Origin: Eledone cirrhosa
Taxonomy: Eukaryota
Direction: 5' to 3'
Length of the DNA stretch: 64,000 bases
Assembly: GCA_964016885.1 (NCBI GenBank)
Contig: OZ024754.1
Coordinates: forward strand, 25,110,001-25,174,000
Below the pieces are notes generated by a model, which saw only the letters and a program-made list of their open reading frames with translations, ran no database searches and was not told the origin of the DNA. Position numbers and translations under genes: made by a program. Within the stretch, counting starts at the first letter, position 1, and every line of letters begins with the position of its first letter. Positions 43,869-56,820 of the stretch are shown in pieces.

Positions 43869-43983
43869 TTAAATTAACCTCATTAATGTGTGGATTTAAA
43901 ATATTACAAATAAAAGAAAGTAAGAAACATACGTATCTGTTAGTAAACAAAAGAAACTTTTTGACACAAATTTCTTTTGCCAT

Positions 43984-44340
43984 GACAGGAGTCATCGTGA
44001 TATAAGAGTCGTTCCTGACTGTCAGTATATTTATTGACTTTTTTGTTTTGTGTTCTGTGTATGGTGTGTCTAGCAGCTGTCTAAAGCACTTGTGTTTGAA
44101 TACCTGGACTCCTTGTTCTTTGTCAGCTGTAAGAGCCCAGCTCTCACCCCCATCGAGAAGAGGCCAAGTCTTGTCATTATCTCATTTTGATATCTGATGT
44201 CCTTGGTCAGAGTGAACCCGAGATACCCAAAGGTGTCCGCATATTCAAGTCTTCCTCCATTCAGCATGATGTTGGTTGCAATATTCTGATTATTACTATT
44301 AATCAGAATCTTGCTCTTTTCTGAGCTGATCTCCAAACCT
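43984..44340 (-). mobile_element. RTE LINE fragment, paralogous to ~38535-38880
   Basis: Near-identical DIRYQNEIMTRLGLFSMGVRAGLLQLTKNKESRYSNTSALDSC reading, including the same internal deletion junction. Confidence 0.8.
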
Positions 44341-45067
44341 AGTCTTCTTGAACTCACTCCCCAAATTGTTGCACTCTACTCTTCTTACTCATGAACAGCC
44401 TTCAACTAAGGATCTCAAACTCTTTACAAATGCTATGCTAGCTCTGAAGGCACATCAAAATTCTAAACATTTCTTTCTCTGCAGAGTGAAACCATTGATT
44501 GACAGCTTAACATAGAATAGCAAAATCGGTAGATTGTCAAACTAAATGCATATTAACATTCTAAATTATAATGTAATTTATAAAAATCTGAGCATCAAAT
44601 ACTGTTTCAAATCCTCCATCATTTTACGAAGACTATAAATGTATGTATGGTCCCATAATTCCTGATAGTCACAGGGGCACTGTATTGACATACTGCATTT
44701 CTTGGACATTTTTAAACCTGGAAGAGCCCATCCCTCTCCGGGTCTGAGTACAGCAGACTTCTTCCAAAGAAAGATAGAAAGTGAGAGAGATGAAATTAGA
44801 AAGAGATATACAGAAAGAATCGACCCCAGTGCTAGACTGGTACTTCTTTATCGACCTCAAAAGGATGAAAGGCAAAGTTGACCAAGACCATAAATACTTA
44901 AACACAAAAGTTTCTTATTACATTTCTAGAAGAGATAAGTGTATTTATTCACAGAGAAATGCAGTTGATCATAACAAATTGAACACATTATTGTTGAATT
45001 CCTTCGAATAAATGTTGTTGTATTTCATGTAATCATGGGTAAATCAGATATTCCCATTTTGTTTCAG

Positions 45068-48000
45068 TAACATTTCCACCAATTCTAAAAGTTATGAAGT
45101 TTTTTGAAATCGAAAGCAACTTTGACAAAACGATGAGAGAAATATCTGAGTTTGCCAGAGCAATTGTAGAAAGTCGAATAAAAAATAACACGGTATGAAA
45201 TATCTACTTTATATTTTATATTATCGAGTATTCTAGATTTCATTGTCCTGAAAATAATTTGAGTTTGTGTAAAATGGTGCTCATAAAGAACAAAGACAAT
45301 AGGATTTAATGCTAACAAGGTATGTAATAGGCCACTGCCTGAGTATCTAGGGCCCTAGATTTATTGTACAATCACTTCACATGTATAGATATAGCGTTTA
45401 ATGCATAGCAAATCTCATGTATTTAAGGGGTTAAAAGTTGTCAGCAGAAGGTCACACAGGAGTCATGACATAAAAGCAGCCAAGTCTTGTATAGTGTAAG
45501 GATTTAAGGGCAGAAACACTTGCATGTGGGAGGTTTCTTCTCTCTGAAGACCTTCTGTTGTCCAGTTTTTCTGAGGGTTTCTTATTAATATTTGTAAATG
45601 TTCTGATTACTTTCAGGTAAGAAAAGATTTCATTCAATTGTTGTTAGAGGCAAAATTTGAAAATATTGATCAAATTGATGATGATATGAAACATGAGCTG
45701 GAGACCCTTGAATATAAAAACTTAAAAGACTGGAGGACAAAAAGAGGTACATTAGTTTTAATAATGGTTTCTGATTTAGGCACAAGGGCAACAAAATTTT
45801 GGTGGGGTGGGGAGAGTCGATTAAATTGACCCCTGTGTGTGTACTTTATTATATCAACCTCGAAAGGATGAAAGGCAGGATTTGAACTCAGATTATAAAG
45901 GACCGTAACTGTCACATATCATGTTGTCCGACGCTCTACCAATACTTTCAATCCAATAATACTCATAATATTAGAAAGTAACACAAAAATGTACATATTA
46001 CTCATAAATCTAGTGTTCTTTTTTCATCTTTTTTTTCTATTGGTTTCAGTCATTAAACTGTGGTCATACTGCAGCATCATATTAAAGGGATTTAGTCGAT
46101 TATATTAACCCAGTACTTCTTTTTTTCAAGTTTGAAAAGTATTTTGTTGATCCTGTAGGGTACGGAACATACAAACAGTAAATGTACACACATTCGCAGA
46201 CACAGACTCACATGTATACATACATACCTATACATACACATCATCATCATCATTTAACATACGTTTTCCCTTCTAGCAAGGGTTGGGTGGGTGATCAAAG
46301 ATCAAGTAAGTAGTTAATCAGAGCAACTGATCAATCAAATGAGCCAAGAGTCATACATACGTTCCAGCATTGTTCAGTTCACTAGGTGTAATTTCTTGTG
46401 ACACTAGCAGTAGGGAGGTTGCCATGTCTTTAATACAATAGAACAGTCTTGATGTTTTGTTTGGTTAGATACCCTTCATATCACCAACCATTTAAAACAG
46501 TGTACTGGGTGTATCAACACCAGAAAGGAGGTTGTCAAGCCCTTAACATACCTAAAGAATCCTCCCAATCCTTTGTATGGCAATGTTGTATTCTCAGCAG
46601 GGGTATATTTCATCATCGTTTCCATTTTTCTAACCTCAGGTCTCACAAATGATGAAATTATTGCCCAGATGGTGTTGTTTTTGTTTGCTGCACATTTAAC
46701 AACGTCAAATACCTTGTCGTTCTTTTCTTATATCCTTGCTACTCAACCTGAAATTCAGCAAAAGGTATATGAAGAAGTGATGGAAGTTGTTGGTGACGTG
46801 AGTTACATTAGCTTTTACATTATAATAAATTAGAATACTCCCCCTCCTCCTCATCATCACCTTCTCCCTCTACCTCCCCCTCTTCATTATCACCATCTTC
46901 ATCTTTGTCATCATCATCTCAGTATATGTAGAATCTACTATTTCTGTATTTACAGGAGACCCCCACCTATGAAACTTTAAATAAACTGCAATATTTAGAT
47001 CAGTGTATGTCTGAAGTACTTAGGATGTATCCTCCATCACTCAGGTATTGTTACAACATTTAAATATTGTTCCTTATAAAGAGATAAACCTAGAATGGCT
47101 TCTGTTGGACCTCCGTTGGTTTCAACAGTGAGTGTTTCAGTTGTTTGAACAACAGAACAGCCAACTTGTGAAATTAATGTGTAAGTGGCTGAGTATTTTA
47201 TAGACATGTGTACCCTTAACACCATAATTGTCAAGGAGATTCAGTGTGACACAGGGTGTAACAAGGATGTCTCGTTGAATTACAGGTTATTTTCATTAAG
47301 TCATAGTACCATTGGTGAAACAACTGAAAAACTCATTATCAGAACAGACGGAGGACCAGCAACAGTCATGCTGGTCATATTACCTTCAAAGTCCTAGCTG
47401 GTTATATCTACTACAGGACTTTACTGGAACAGTTTTTATCAACTTTGATGGTCTACCTTCAAAGACCTAGCTGATTATATCTATTCCAGGAATTTACTGC
47501 AACAGTTTTATCAATTAAGATGGTCTACCTTCAAAGACCTAGCTGGTTATATCTACTCCAGGACTTTACTGGAACAGTTTTTATCAACTTTGAAGGTAGA
47601 CCTAGCTGGTTATATCTATTCCAGGAATTTACTGAAACAGTTTTTATCAACTTTGATGGTCTACCTTCAAAGACCTAGCTGGTTATATCTATTCCAGGAC
47701 TTTACTGGAACAGTTTTTATCAACTTTGATGGTCTACCTTCAAAGACCTAGCTGGTTATATCTATTCCAGGAATTTACTGAAACAGTTTTTATCAACTTT
47801 GATGGTCTACCTTCAAAGACCTAGCTGGTTATATCTATTCCAGGACTTTACTGGAACATTTTTTATCAACTTTGATGGTCTACCTTCAAAGACCTAGCTG
47901 GTTATATCTATTCCAGGAATTTACTGAAACAGTTTTTATCAACTTTGATGGTCTACCTTCAAAGACCTAGCTGGTTATATCTATTCCAGGACTTTACTGG

Positions 48001-50740
48001 AACAGTTTTTATCAACTTTGATGGTCTACCTTCAAAGACCTAGCTGGTTATATCTATTCCAGGAATTTACTGAAACAGTTTTTATCAACTTTGATGGTCT
48101 ACCTTCAAAGACCTAGCTGGTTATATCTATTCCAGGACTTTACTGGAACAGCTTTTATCAACTTTGAATGTAGACCTAGCTGGTTATATCTATTCCAGGA
48201 ATTTACTGAAACAGTTTTTATCAACTTTGATGGTCTACCTTCAAAGACCTAGCTGGTTATATCTATTCCAGGACTTTACTGGAACAGTTTTTATCAACTT
48301 TGAAGGTAGACCTAGCTGGTTATATCTATTCCAGGAATTTACTGAAACAGTTTTTATCAACTTTGATGGTCTACCTTCAAAGACCTAGCTGGTTATATCT
48401 ATTCCAGGACTTTACTGGAACAGTTTTTATCAACTTTGAAGGTAGACCTAGCTGGTTATATCTATTCCAGGAATTTACTGAAACAGTTTTTATCAACTTT
48501 GATGGTCTACCTTCAAAGACCTAGCTGGTTATATCTATTCCAGGACTTTACTGGAACAGTTTTTATCAACTTTGAAGGTAGACCTAGCTGGTTATATCTA
48601 TTCCAGGAATTTACTGAAACAGTTTTTATCAACTTTGATGGTCTACCTTCAAAGACCTAGCTGGTTATATCTATTCCAGGAATTTACTGCAACAGTTTTT
48701 ATCAACTTTGAAGGTCTACCTTCAAAGACCTAGCTGGTTATATCTATTCCAGGAATTTACTGAAATAGTTTTTAGAAACTTTGAAGGTCTACCTTCAAAG
48801 ACCTATTTGGTTATATCTATTCCAGGACTTTACTGGAACAGTTTTATCAACTTTGATGGTCTACCTCCAAAGACCTAGCTGGTTATATCTATTCCAGGAC
48901 TTTACTGGAACAGTTTTATCAACTTTGATGGTCAACCTTCAAAGACCTAGCTGGTTATATCTATTTCAGGACTTTTCTGGAATAGTTTTTATCAACTTTG
49001 ATGGTCTACCTTCAAAGACCTAGCTGGTTATATCTATTCCGGGACTTTACTGGAACAGTTTTATCAAATTTGATGGTCTACCTTCAAAGACCTAACTGGT
49101 TATATCTATTCCAGGACTTTACTGGAACAGTTTTTATCAACTTTGATGGCCATACTACCTTCAAAGACCTAGCTGGTTTTATCTATTCCACGACTTTACT
49201 GGAACAGTTTTATCAACTTTGTTGAGTAAGTTTTCGTCTATATTCAATATAATTATACTTCTATATTAATTGCTCTAAATAATTAAACATTTTCAATGTT
49301 ATGTTTTCATGAAGACTCCAGAGAAATACCAAAGAAACTGTTGAAATAAATGGCTGGATAATTCCTAAAGACACAGCTGTTAACGTATCCATTTACACTC
49401 TTCATCATGACCCTAAATACTGGCCCTAAATTTATACCAGAGAGGTAAGAAAATTATTTCAATTTTGATATCAGAAAATGAAAAAAAATGTAGGCTTAAA
49501 AATAATCTAACCTAAATGGTATTCAATGAGGTTTAAAGGGTATTAAAGATTAAAAATGTATTTGAATAATGAAATATTTCTAAAATGTCATCTTAAATTA
49601 CCTCACAACCCTATAATGGTGCCTGGTTGAACATCGTACCCATGCTCAAAGCTGGTTTTCAGCTGGTCAGTGACTCTCTGCACATCAGTGTTTCCCTAAG
49701 GTTTGGCCTCCAAAACTGCGAGCAACACAAATGTTGCTGTGGATCCACGGCAAATGCTTTTGGGCTTCACTCTGTCATGCCACCACTGTGTGGGTTACCC
49801 CTCATGCCAAGACGCTGTCTAGGAGATCATTATGACTTGGACACTGCTGGCTTCTAATCACAGTGAATTCAATAACAGATCCATGTTTCGTTACCTAACA
49901 AGGTAAACATCACAAGCTGTTGAAGTATTTGTCTTTTTCTGATAGGTTTATCGCTGAACACTCTGATAGGTTTATAGCATTGGACACTTATGACCTTCTG
50001 GGTCTGCTAACTGTTTCCCTACTGTCTGTTATTGGGATGCAGATAATTTTGATGGTGTCACTGACAACAATGGACGTATTATTATTTTTTGCAAAAATGA
50101 TTCAAATGAAAACATTAAACCTCTCTCTCTGTCTCTCTCTCTCACTCTCTCTCCCTCTCTCTCACTCTCTCATTTTCTCTGTCTCTGTCTCTTTCTCTCT
50201 CTCTTTCTCTCTTTCTCTCTCTCTTTCTCTCTCTGTATGTCTCTGTATGGTTTTTTGGAAGTGGTCAGGCTGGATGTTCGTGTACATATAGTCCCTTTTG
50301 TTTTGATACGCCATACAAGGTGGTGCTGAAAAGTTCCTGGCTTTTGGTAAAAGAAAATAGAGGAGGATCAGTTAATTATTATCTTATTCAACATATTCCC
50401 CTCACAGATGCACACACTTATTGCAACAGTCCTACCTCCTCTCTTAAGGTAACAGCTCTACCCAGCATCCTCTCGTATAACTGCTTCTATTGAAAGTCAA
50501 AATTAAATGAAGAATTTATTATATTTACACATATTTTGTTATCCTCTTCTATTTATTGTATTCTATTTAATTGCTAGATTTGCTCCTGAAGCAAAAGACA
50601 AAATAAATCCTTATGCCTACATGCCATTTGGAATGGGACCAAGAATCTGTATAGGAATTAAAATGGCAAGATTCGAATTTAAGCTAGCCATTGTTAGCAC
50701 ACTCAGAAAATATAAATTTGTGAAATCTCCTAAAACCGAG
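45068..50740 (+). pseudogene. Clan-3 (CYP3A-like) P450 pseudogene B, exons 8-13 only (inverted paralog of pseudogene A)
   Basis: Exons 45068-45192, 45617-45746 (RKDFIQLLL), 46640-46797 (I-helix), 46956-47044 (EVLRMYPP), 49315-49444 (8-bp deletion giving TAA at 49427-49429) and 50578-50740 (PFGMGPRICIG). No exons 1-7 or last exon found. Confidence 0.88.
47385..49225. repeat. 73-bp (and 63-bp variant) intronic minisatellite, ~25 copies
   Basis: Unit gacctagctggttatatctattccaggaatttactgaaacagtttttatcaactttgatggtctaccttcaaa; the 136-bp (73+63) period shows in the ORF track at 48164/48300/48436. Confidence 0.95.
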
Positions 50741-51453
50741 GTAATATGAAACTTTTTGTTCTTCTTCCATTTATTCCTGAGAGGGTTGTGGGGGAGTCCT
50801 CCAACACTCCTTTCAAATGAAGCTCCCAGTGAGGTTCAGTGGCATCTGCCTCTGATCCACATCAGATCTGGCACAGCTGACTTACCTCTCCTCCAATCAC
50901 ACCCTCCTCAGCATGACGGCAGAACCTGACATGATCCAAGAACTAGTGTAGGCTCTGGTCGAATGGACCAGCAAAGGCCTCTTCATTTCCTTGTATACAA
51001 ATGTCCAACATAACTGTGACAACTCTGAGACCTAGGTGTAGAGTTTGTTACCCACTCCCCTTCTTCCTTTCTTTCTTCCTTTGTCTATTAGTCCTTGCTC
51101 TTCTCCTTTTCCTATCCTCCATGGCATTTATAGTCCTTCCCAATACTTCTTTCTTTTTCTGTATGTTTAACCAATTTATAATTATATCAACAATATATTT
51201 CCTGTCTTGGATTCAATTATGAAATAGATCTTGAATAAGGTTATACTTGCAGTAATAATAGTTAAAAAAAAGAAGAGTAATATGGTTGGCTGTACAATAA
51301 GGGATTTATTCAAAGTGCTGACAATTGTTTCGTTGATCTGGTGCGTCTAGAGTTCGCTAATCGCTTGAAGCTGCGTCAATCGATCTCCAATACGTTGTTT
51401 ACAACCAATCAACACATCAGAGCAAGTGGATATGAAAATAATACGCACTCTTC

Positions 51454-52310
51454 TAGGGTTAGGGTTAGGGTTTGGGTTGGGGTTAGGGTTGGTGTTAGGG
51501 TTAAGGTGGGTGTTGGGGTTGGGGTTAGGATTGGGGTTAGGGTTGGGGTTAGCGTTAGGTTCAGGTTTAGGGTTAGGGTTGGGGTTGGGTTTATGGTTAG
51601 GGTAGGGGTTAGGGTTGGGGTTGTTGATGGGGTTGGGGTTAGGGTCAGGGTCAGGGTTAGGGTTAGGGTTAAGTTTAAGGTTAGGGTTGGGGTTGGGGTT
51701 GGTGTTGGTGATAGCGTTAGGGTAAGGGTTGGCGTTAGGGTTAGGGTTAGGTTTGGGGTTGGGGTTAGTGTAAGGGTTAGGGTTAGGGGTAGGTTTGTGG
51801 TTGGGGTTAGGGTTAGGGTAAGGGTTAGGGTTGGGGTCAGGGTTGGGGTTAGTGTTAGGGTTAGGGTTGGGGTTAGGGTTATGGTTGGGGTTAGGGTTAG
51901 TGTTGGTGTTGGGGTTAGGGTTGGGGTCAGGATTAGTGTTAGGGTTGGGGTTGGGGGTAGGGTTGGGGTTAGGGTTAGGGTTGTGGTTGGGATTAGGGTT
52001 AGGGTTGGGGTTAGCGTTAGGGTCAGGTTTAGGGTTAGGGTTAGGGTTGGGGTTGGGGTCGGGGTTAGGCTTGGGGTTGGGTTTAAGGTTAGGGTTGGGG
52101 TTGGAAATAGGGTTAGGGTTGGGGCTAGGGTTAGGTTTAGAGTTGGGGTTAGGGTTGGGGTTGGGTTTATGGTTAGGGTTGGGGTTAGGGTTAGGGTTAG
52201 GGTTGGGGTTAGTGTTAGGGTTAGGGTTGGTGTTGGGGTTAGGATTAGGGTTGGGGTTAGGATTAGGATTAGTGTTAGCGTTGGGGTTAGGATTAGGGTT
52301 GGGTTTAGGG
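51454..52310 (+). repeat. Degenerate interstitial telomeric array (TTAGGG/TTGGGG)n
   Basis: ~140 hexamers held in 6-bp phase. Confidence 0.95.
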
Positions 52311-55300
52311 CCATGTTATACACAGTTCCCTAAAGTACAGGCCATGTTACTCATTGTGCCCTTACTTACTGGACATGTTACAAACAGTTCCCTAAATTAC
52401 TGGCCATGTTACACACAGTTCCCTAAATTACTGGCAATGTTACTCATTGTTCCCTAACTTACTGGCCATGTTACACACATTTCTTTAAATTACTGGCCAC
52501 GTTACACACAGTTCCCTAAACTACTGGCCATGTTACACACAGTTCCCGAAATTACTGGGCATGTTACACACAGTTCCCTAAATTACTGGCCATGTTACAC
52601 ATAACTTTCTAATTTACTGCCTATGTTACACACAGTTCACTAAATTATTTTCCATGTTACATACAGTTCCCTAAACCACTGGCCATGTTACACACTGTTC
52701 CCAAAATTATTGGCCATGTTACACACAGTTCCCTAAACTACTAGCCATGTTACATACAGTGCGCAAAATTATTGGCTATGTTAAACACAGTTCCCTAAAG
52801 TACAGGCCATGTTACTCATTGTTCCCTTACTTACTGGACATGTTACAAACAGTTACCTAAATTACTGGCCATGTTACACACAGTTCCCTAAATTACTGGC
52901 AATGTTACTCATTGTTCCCTAACTTACTGGCCATGTTACACACATTTCTTTAAATTACTGGCCATGTTACACACAGTTCCCTAAATTAATGGCCACGTTA
53001 CACACAGTTCCCTAATCTACTGGCCATGTTACACACAGTTCCCTAAATTACGGGCCATGTTTCACAGAGTTCTCTAAATTACTGGGCATGTTACACACAG
53101 TTCCCTAAATTACTGGCCATGTTACACATAACTCTCTAATTTACTGCCTATGTTACACAGAGTTCACTAAATTATTTTCCATGTGACACACAGTTCCCTA
53201 AACCACTGGCTATGTTACACACTGTTCCCAAAATTATTGGCCATGTTACACACAGTTCCCTAAACCACTGGCCATGTTACTTACAGTTCGCCAAATTACT
53301 GGCCATGTTACACACAGTTCCCTAAATTACTGGCCATGTTACACACAGTTCCCTAAATTACTGGCCGTGATACACACAGTGCACAAAATTATTGGCTATG
53401 TTACACACAGTTCCCTAAAGTACAGGCCATGCTACTCATTGTTCCCTTACTTACTGGACATGTTACAAACAGTTACCTAAATTACTGGCAATGTTACACA
53501 CAGTTCCCCAAATTACTGGCAATGTTACTCATTGTTCCCTAACTTAATGGCCATGTTACACACATTTCTTTAAATTACTGGCCATGTTACACACAGTTCC
53601 CTAAATTAATGGCCACGTTACACACAGTTCCCTAAACTACTGGCCTTGTTACACACAGTTCCCTAAATTACGGCCCATGTTACACAGAGTTCCCTAAATT
53701 ACTGGGCATGTTACACACAGTACCCTAAATTACTGTCCATGTTACACATAACCCTCTAATTTACTGCCTATGTTACACACAGTTCACTAAATTATTTTCC
53801 ATGTTACACACAGTTCCCTAAACCACTGGCTATGTTACACACTGTTCCCAAAATTATTGGCCATGTTACACACAGTTCCATAAACCACTGGCCATGTTAC
53901 ACACATTTCTTTAAATTACTGGCCATGTTACACACAGTTCCCTAAATTAATGGCCACGTTATACACAGTTCCCTAAACTACTGGCCATGTTACACACAGT
54001 TCTCTAAATTACGGGCCATGTTACACACAGTTCCCTAAATTACTGGCCATGATACACACAGTGCGCAAAATTATTGTCCATGTTATACACAGTTCTCTAA
54101 ATTACTGGCCATGTTACACACAGTTCTCTAAATTACTGGCCATGATACACACAGTTCCCTAAACTACTGGCCATGTTACACACAGTTCCCTAAACTACTG
54201 GCCATGTTACCCACAGTTCCCTAAACTACTGACCATTTTACCCACAGGTTCCTAAACTACTGGCCATGTTACACACAGTTCCCTAAATTACTGGCCATGT
54301 TACACATAACTCTCTAATTTACTGCCTATGTTACACACAGTTCACTAAATTATTTTCCATGTTACACACAGTTCCCTAAACCACTGGCTATGTTACACAC
54401 TGTTCCCAAAATTATTGGCCCTGTTACACACAGTTCCATAAACCACTGGCCATGATACACACATTTCTTTAAATTACTGGCCATGTTACACACAGTTCCC
54501 TAAATTAATGGCCACGTTACACACAGTTCCCTAAACTACTGGCCATGTTACACACAGTTCCCTAAATTACGGGCCATGTTACACACAGTTCCCTAAATTA
54601 CTGGCCATGATACACACAGTGCGCAAAATTATTGGCCATGTTATACACAGTTCTCTAAATTACTGGCCATATTACACACAGTTCTCTAAATTACTGGCCA
54701 TGATACACACACTTCCCTAAACTACTGGCCATGTTACACACAGTTCCCTAAACTACTGGCCATGTTACCCACAGTTCCCTAAACTACTGGCCATTTTACC
54801 CACAGGTTCCTAAACTACTGGCCATGTTACACACAGTTCCCTAAATTACTGGCCATGTTACACATAACTCTCTAATTTACTGCCTATGTTACACACAGTT
54901 CACTAAATTATTTTCCATGTTACACACAGTTCCCTAAACCACTGGCTATGTTACACACTGTTCCCAAAATTATTGGCCATGTTACACACAGTTCCATAAA
55001 CCACTGGCCATGTTACACACATTTCTTTAAATTACTGGCCATGTTACACACAGTTCCCTAAATTAATGGCCACGTTACACACAGTTCCCCAAACTACTGG
55101 CCATGTTACACACAGTTCCCTAAATTACGGGCCATGTTACACACAGTTCCCTAAATTACTGGCCATGATACACACAGTGCGCAAAATTATTGGCCATGTT
55201 ATACACAGTTCTCTAAATTACTGGCCATGTTACACACAGTTCTCTAAATTACTGGCCATGATACACACAGTTCCCTAAACTACTGGCCATGTTACACACA

Positions 55301-56140
55301 GTTCCCTAAACTACTGGCCATTTTACCCACAGGTTCCTAAACTACTGGCCATGTTACACACAGTTCCCTAAATTACTGGCCATGTTACACATAACTCTCT
55401 AATTTACTGCCTATGTTACACACAGTTCACTAAATTATTTTCCATGTTACACACAGTTCCCTAAATTACTGGCCATGTTATACACAGTTCTATAAATTAC
55501 TGGCCATGTTACACACAGTTCTCTAAATTACTGGCCATGATACACACAGTTCCCTAAACTACTGGCCATGTTACACACAGTTCCCTAAACTACTGGCCAT
55601 GTTACCCACAGTTCCCTAAACTACTGGCCATTTTACCCACATTTTCCTAAACTACTGGCCATTTTACCCACAGTTCCCTTAACTACTGGCCATGTTACAC
55701 ACAGTTCCATAAATTACTGACCATTTTACCCACAGTTCCCTTAACTACTGGTCATGTTTCACACAGTTCCCTAAATTACTGGCCATGTTACACACATTTC
55801 CCTAAATTACTGGCCATTTTACCCACATTTCCCTTAACTACTGGCCATGTTACACACAGTTCCCTAAACTACTGGCCATGTTACACACAGTTCCCTAAAT
55901 TACTGGCCATTTTACCCACAGTTCCCTTAACTACTGGCCATGTTACACACAGTTCCCTAAACTACTGGCCATGTTACACACAGTTCCCTAAATTACTGGC
56001 CATTTTACCCACAGTTCCCTTAACTACTGGCCATGTTACACACAGTTCCCTAAATTACTGGCCATGTTACACACAGTTCCCTAAATTACTGGCTATGTTA
56101 AACACATTTCCCTAAATTACTGGCCATGTTACACACAGCT
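52309..56140. repeat. 31-bp satellite, ~120 copies, with higher-order blocks
   Basis: Unit ggccatgttacacacagttccctaaattact; recurring runs of variant units. Confidence 0.95.
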
Positions 56141-56589
56141 CCAGCATTTAAACCAGCTATATCTGGCCAGAATTATCCCACTTCTTTCTGTTCAAACTGT
56201 CTGTAACTGGCCACTCATAATGATGTTAAGGTATTGTTCTCAGAATAAATAATATCAAAATATCATAGATTCGATATTATGTGAGATAATTATGTGAGGT
56301 AAAGCCTTTATGTGTACTAGTGCTATTGTTATTGTTAGTTGTGTTGTTTCTATTTCTATTTCCACCAACAGCCTCATGGTTGTTTCTATGTCTCTCATAA
56401 TTACTCCTGTCTCTTTCCACTGGCTCAATGTTATCTACCCTATTTTGTGTGTCTGTGTGTTCGTCTTGGTTATTCTCTTTGTCCTTAGTCTCCCATCTCC
56501 TTTTCCTTTTAATCTTATTACTTTCCCTTATTTCTCTGATTTCTGTGCTACTGTCATTTCTTGTTTTCTGTGTCTGTGTGTTTGTTAAG

Positions 56590-56820
56590 ATTGTGGTGGT
56601 GGTGAGAGGCATTCAATGCGTGTGTGTTGTTGTTGTTGATGTGTGTTGTTGACGTGTGTTGTTGTTGTCTCCGTGTGTGTTGTTATTGTTGTAACAACAA
56701 CACACACATCAACAACAACAACAATAGCAACATACCCAGAAACAACAACAACAATAGCAACATACCCAGAAACAACAACAACAGACACGCAGACACAAAC
56801 AACAATAACAACACATAACT
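56590..56820. repeat. (GTT)n/(AAC)n low-complexity inverted tract
   Basis: A GT-rich half followed by a complementary AC-rich half. Confidence 0.7.

Larger units (their letters stand above)
28727..43983 (-). pseudogene. Clan-3 (CYP3A-like) cytochrome P450 pseudogene A, exons 4 (partial) to 14
   Basis: Exons: 43933-43983 (5'-truncated), 41679-41991 (SINE inserted), 41248-41336, ~39146-39273 (deletion/frameshift), 33992-34117 (+1 frameshift), 33854-~33890 (5' part deleted), 32793-32950 (I-helix), 32546-32634 (EVLR), 31466-31603 (FIPER), 29453-29615 (heme exon with TGA at 29561-29563: PF*MGPRICIG), 28727-28798 (IPLKTG...VEKR*). Intact boundaries are GT-AG. Confidence 0.9.

Noticed and set aside
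51341-52457. 330-aa VR-rich, 304-aa LT-rich and 208-aa GL-rich ORFs
   Set aside because: Telomeric hexamers lack stop codons in these frames; no evidence of a gene.
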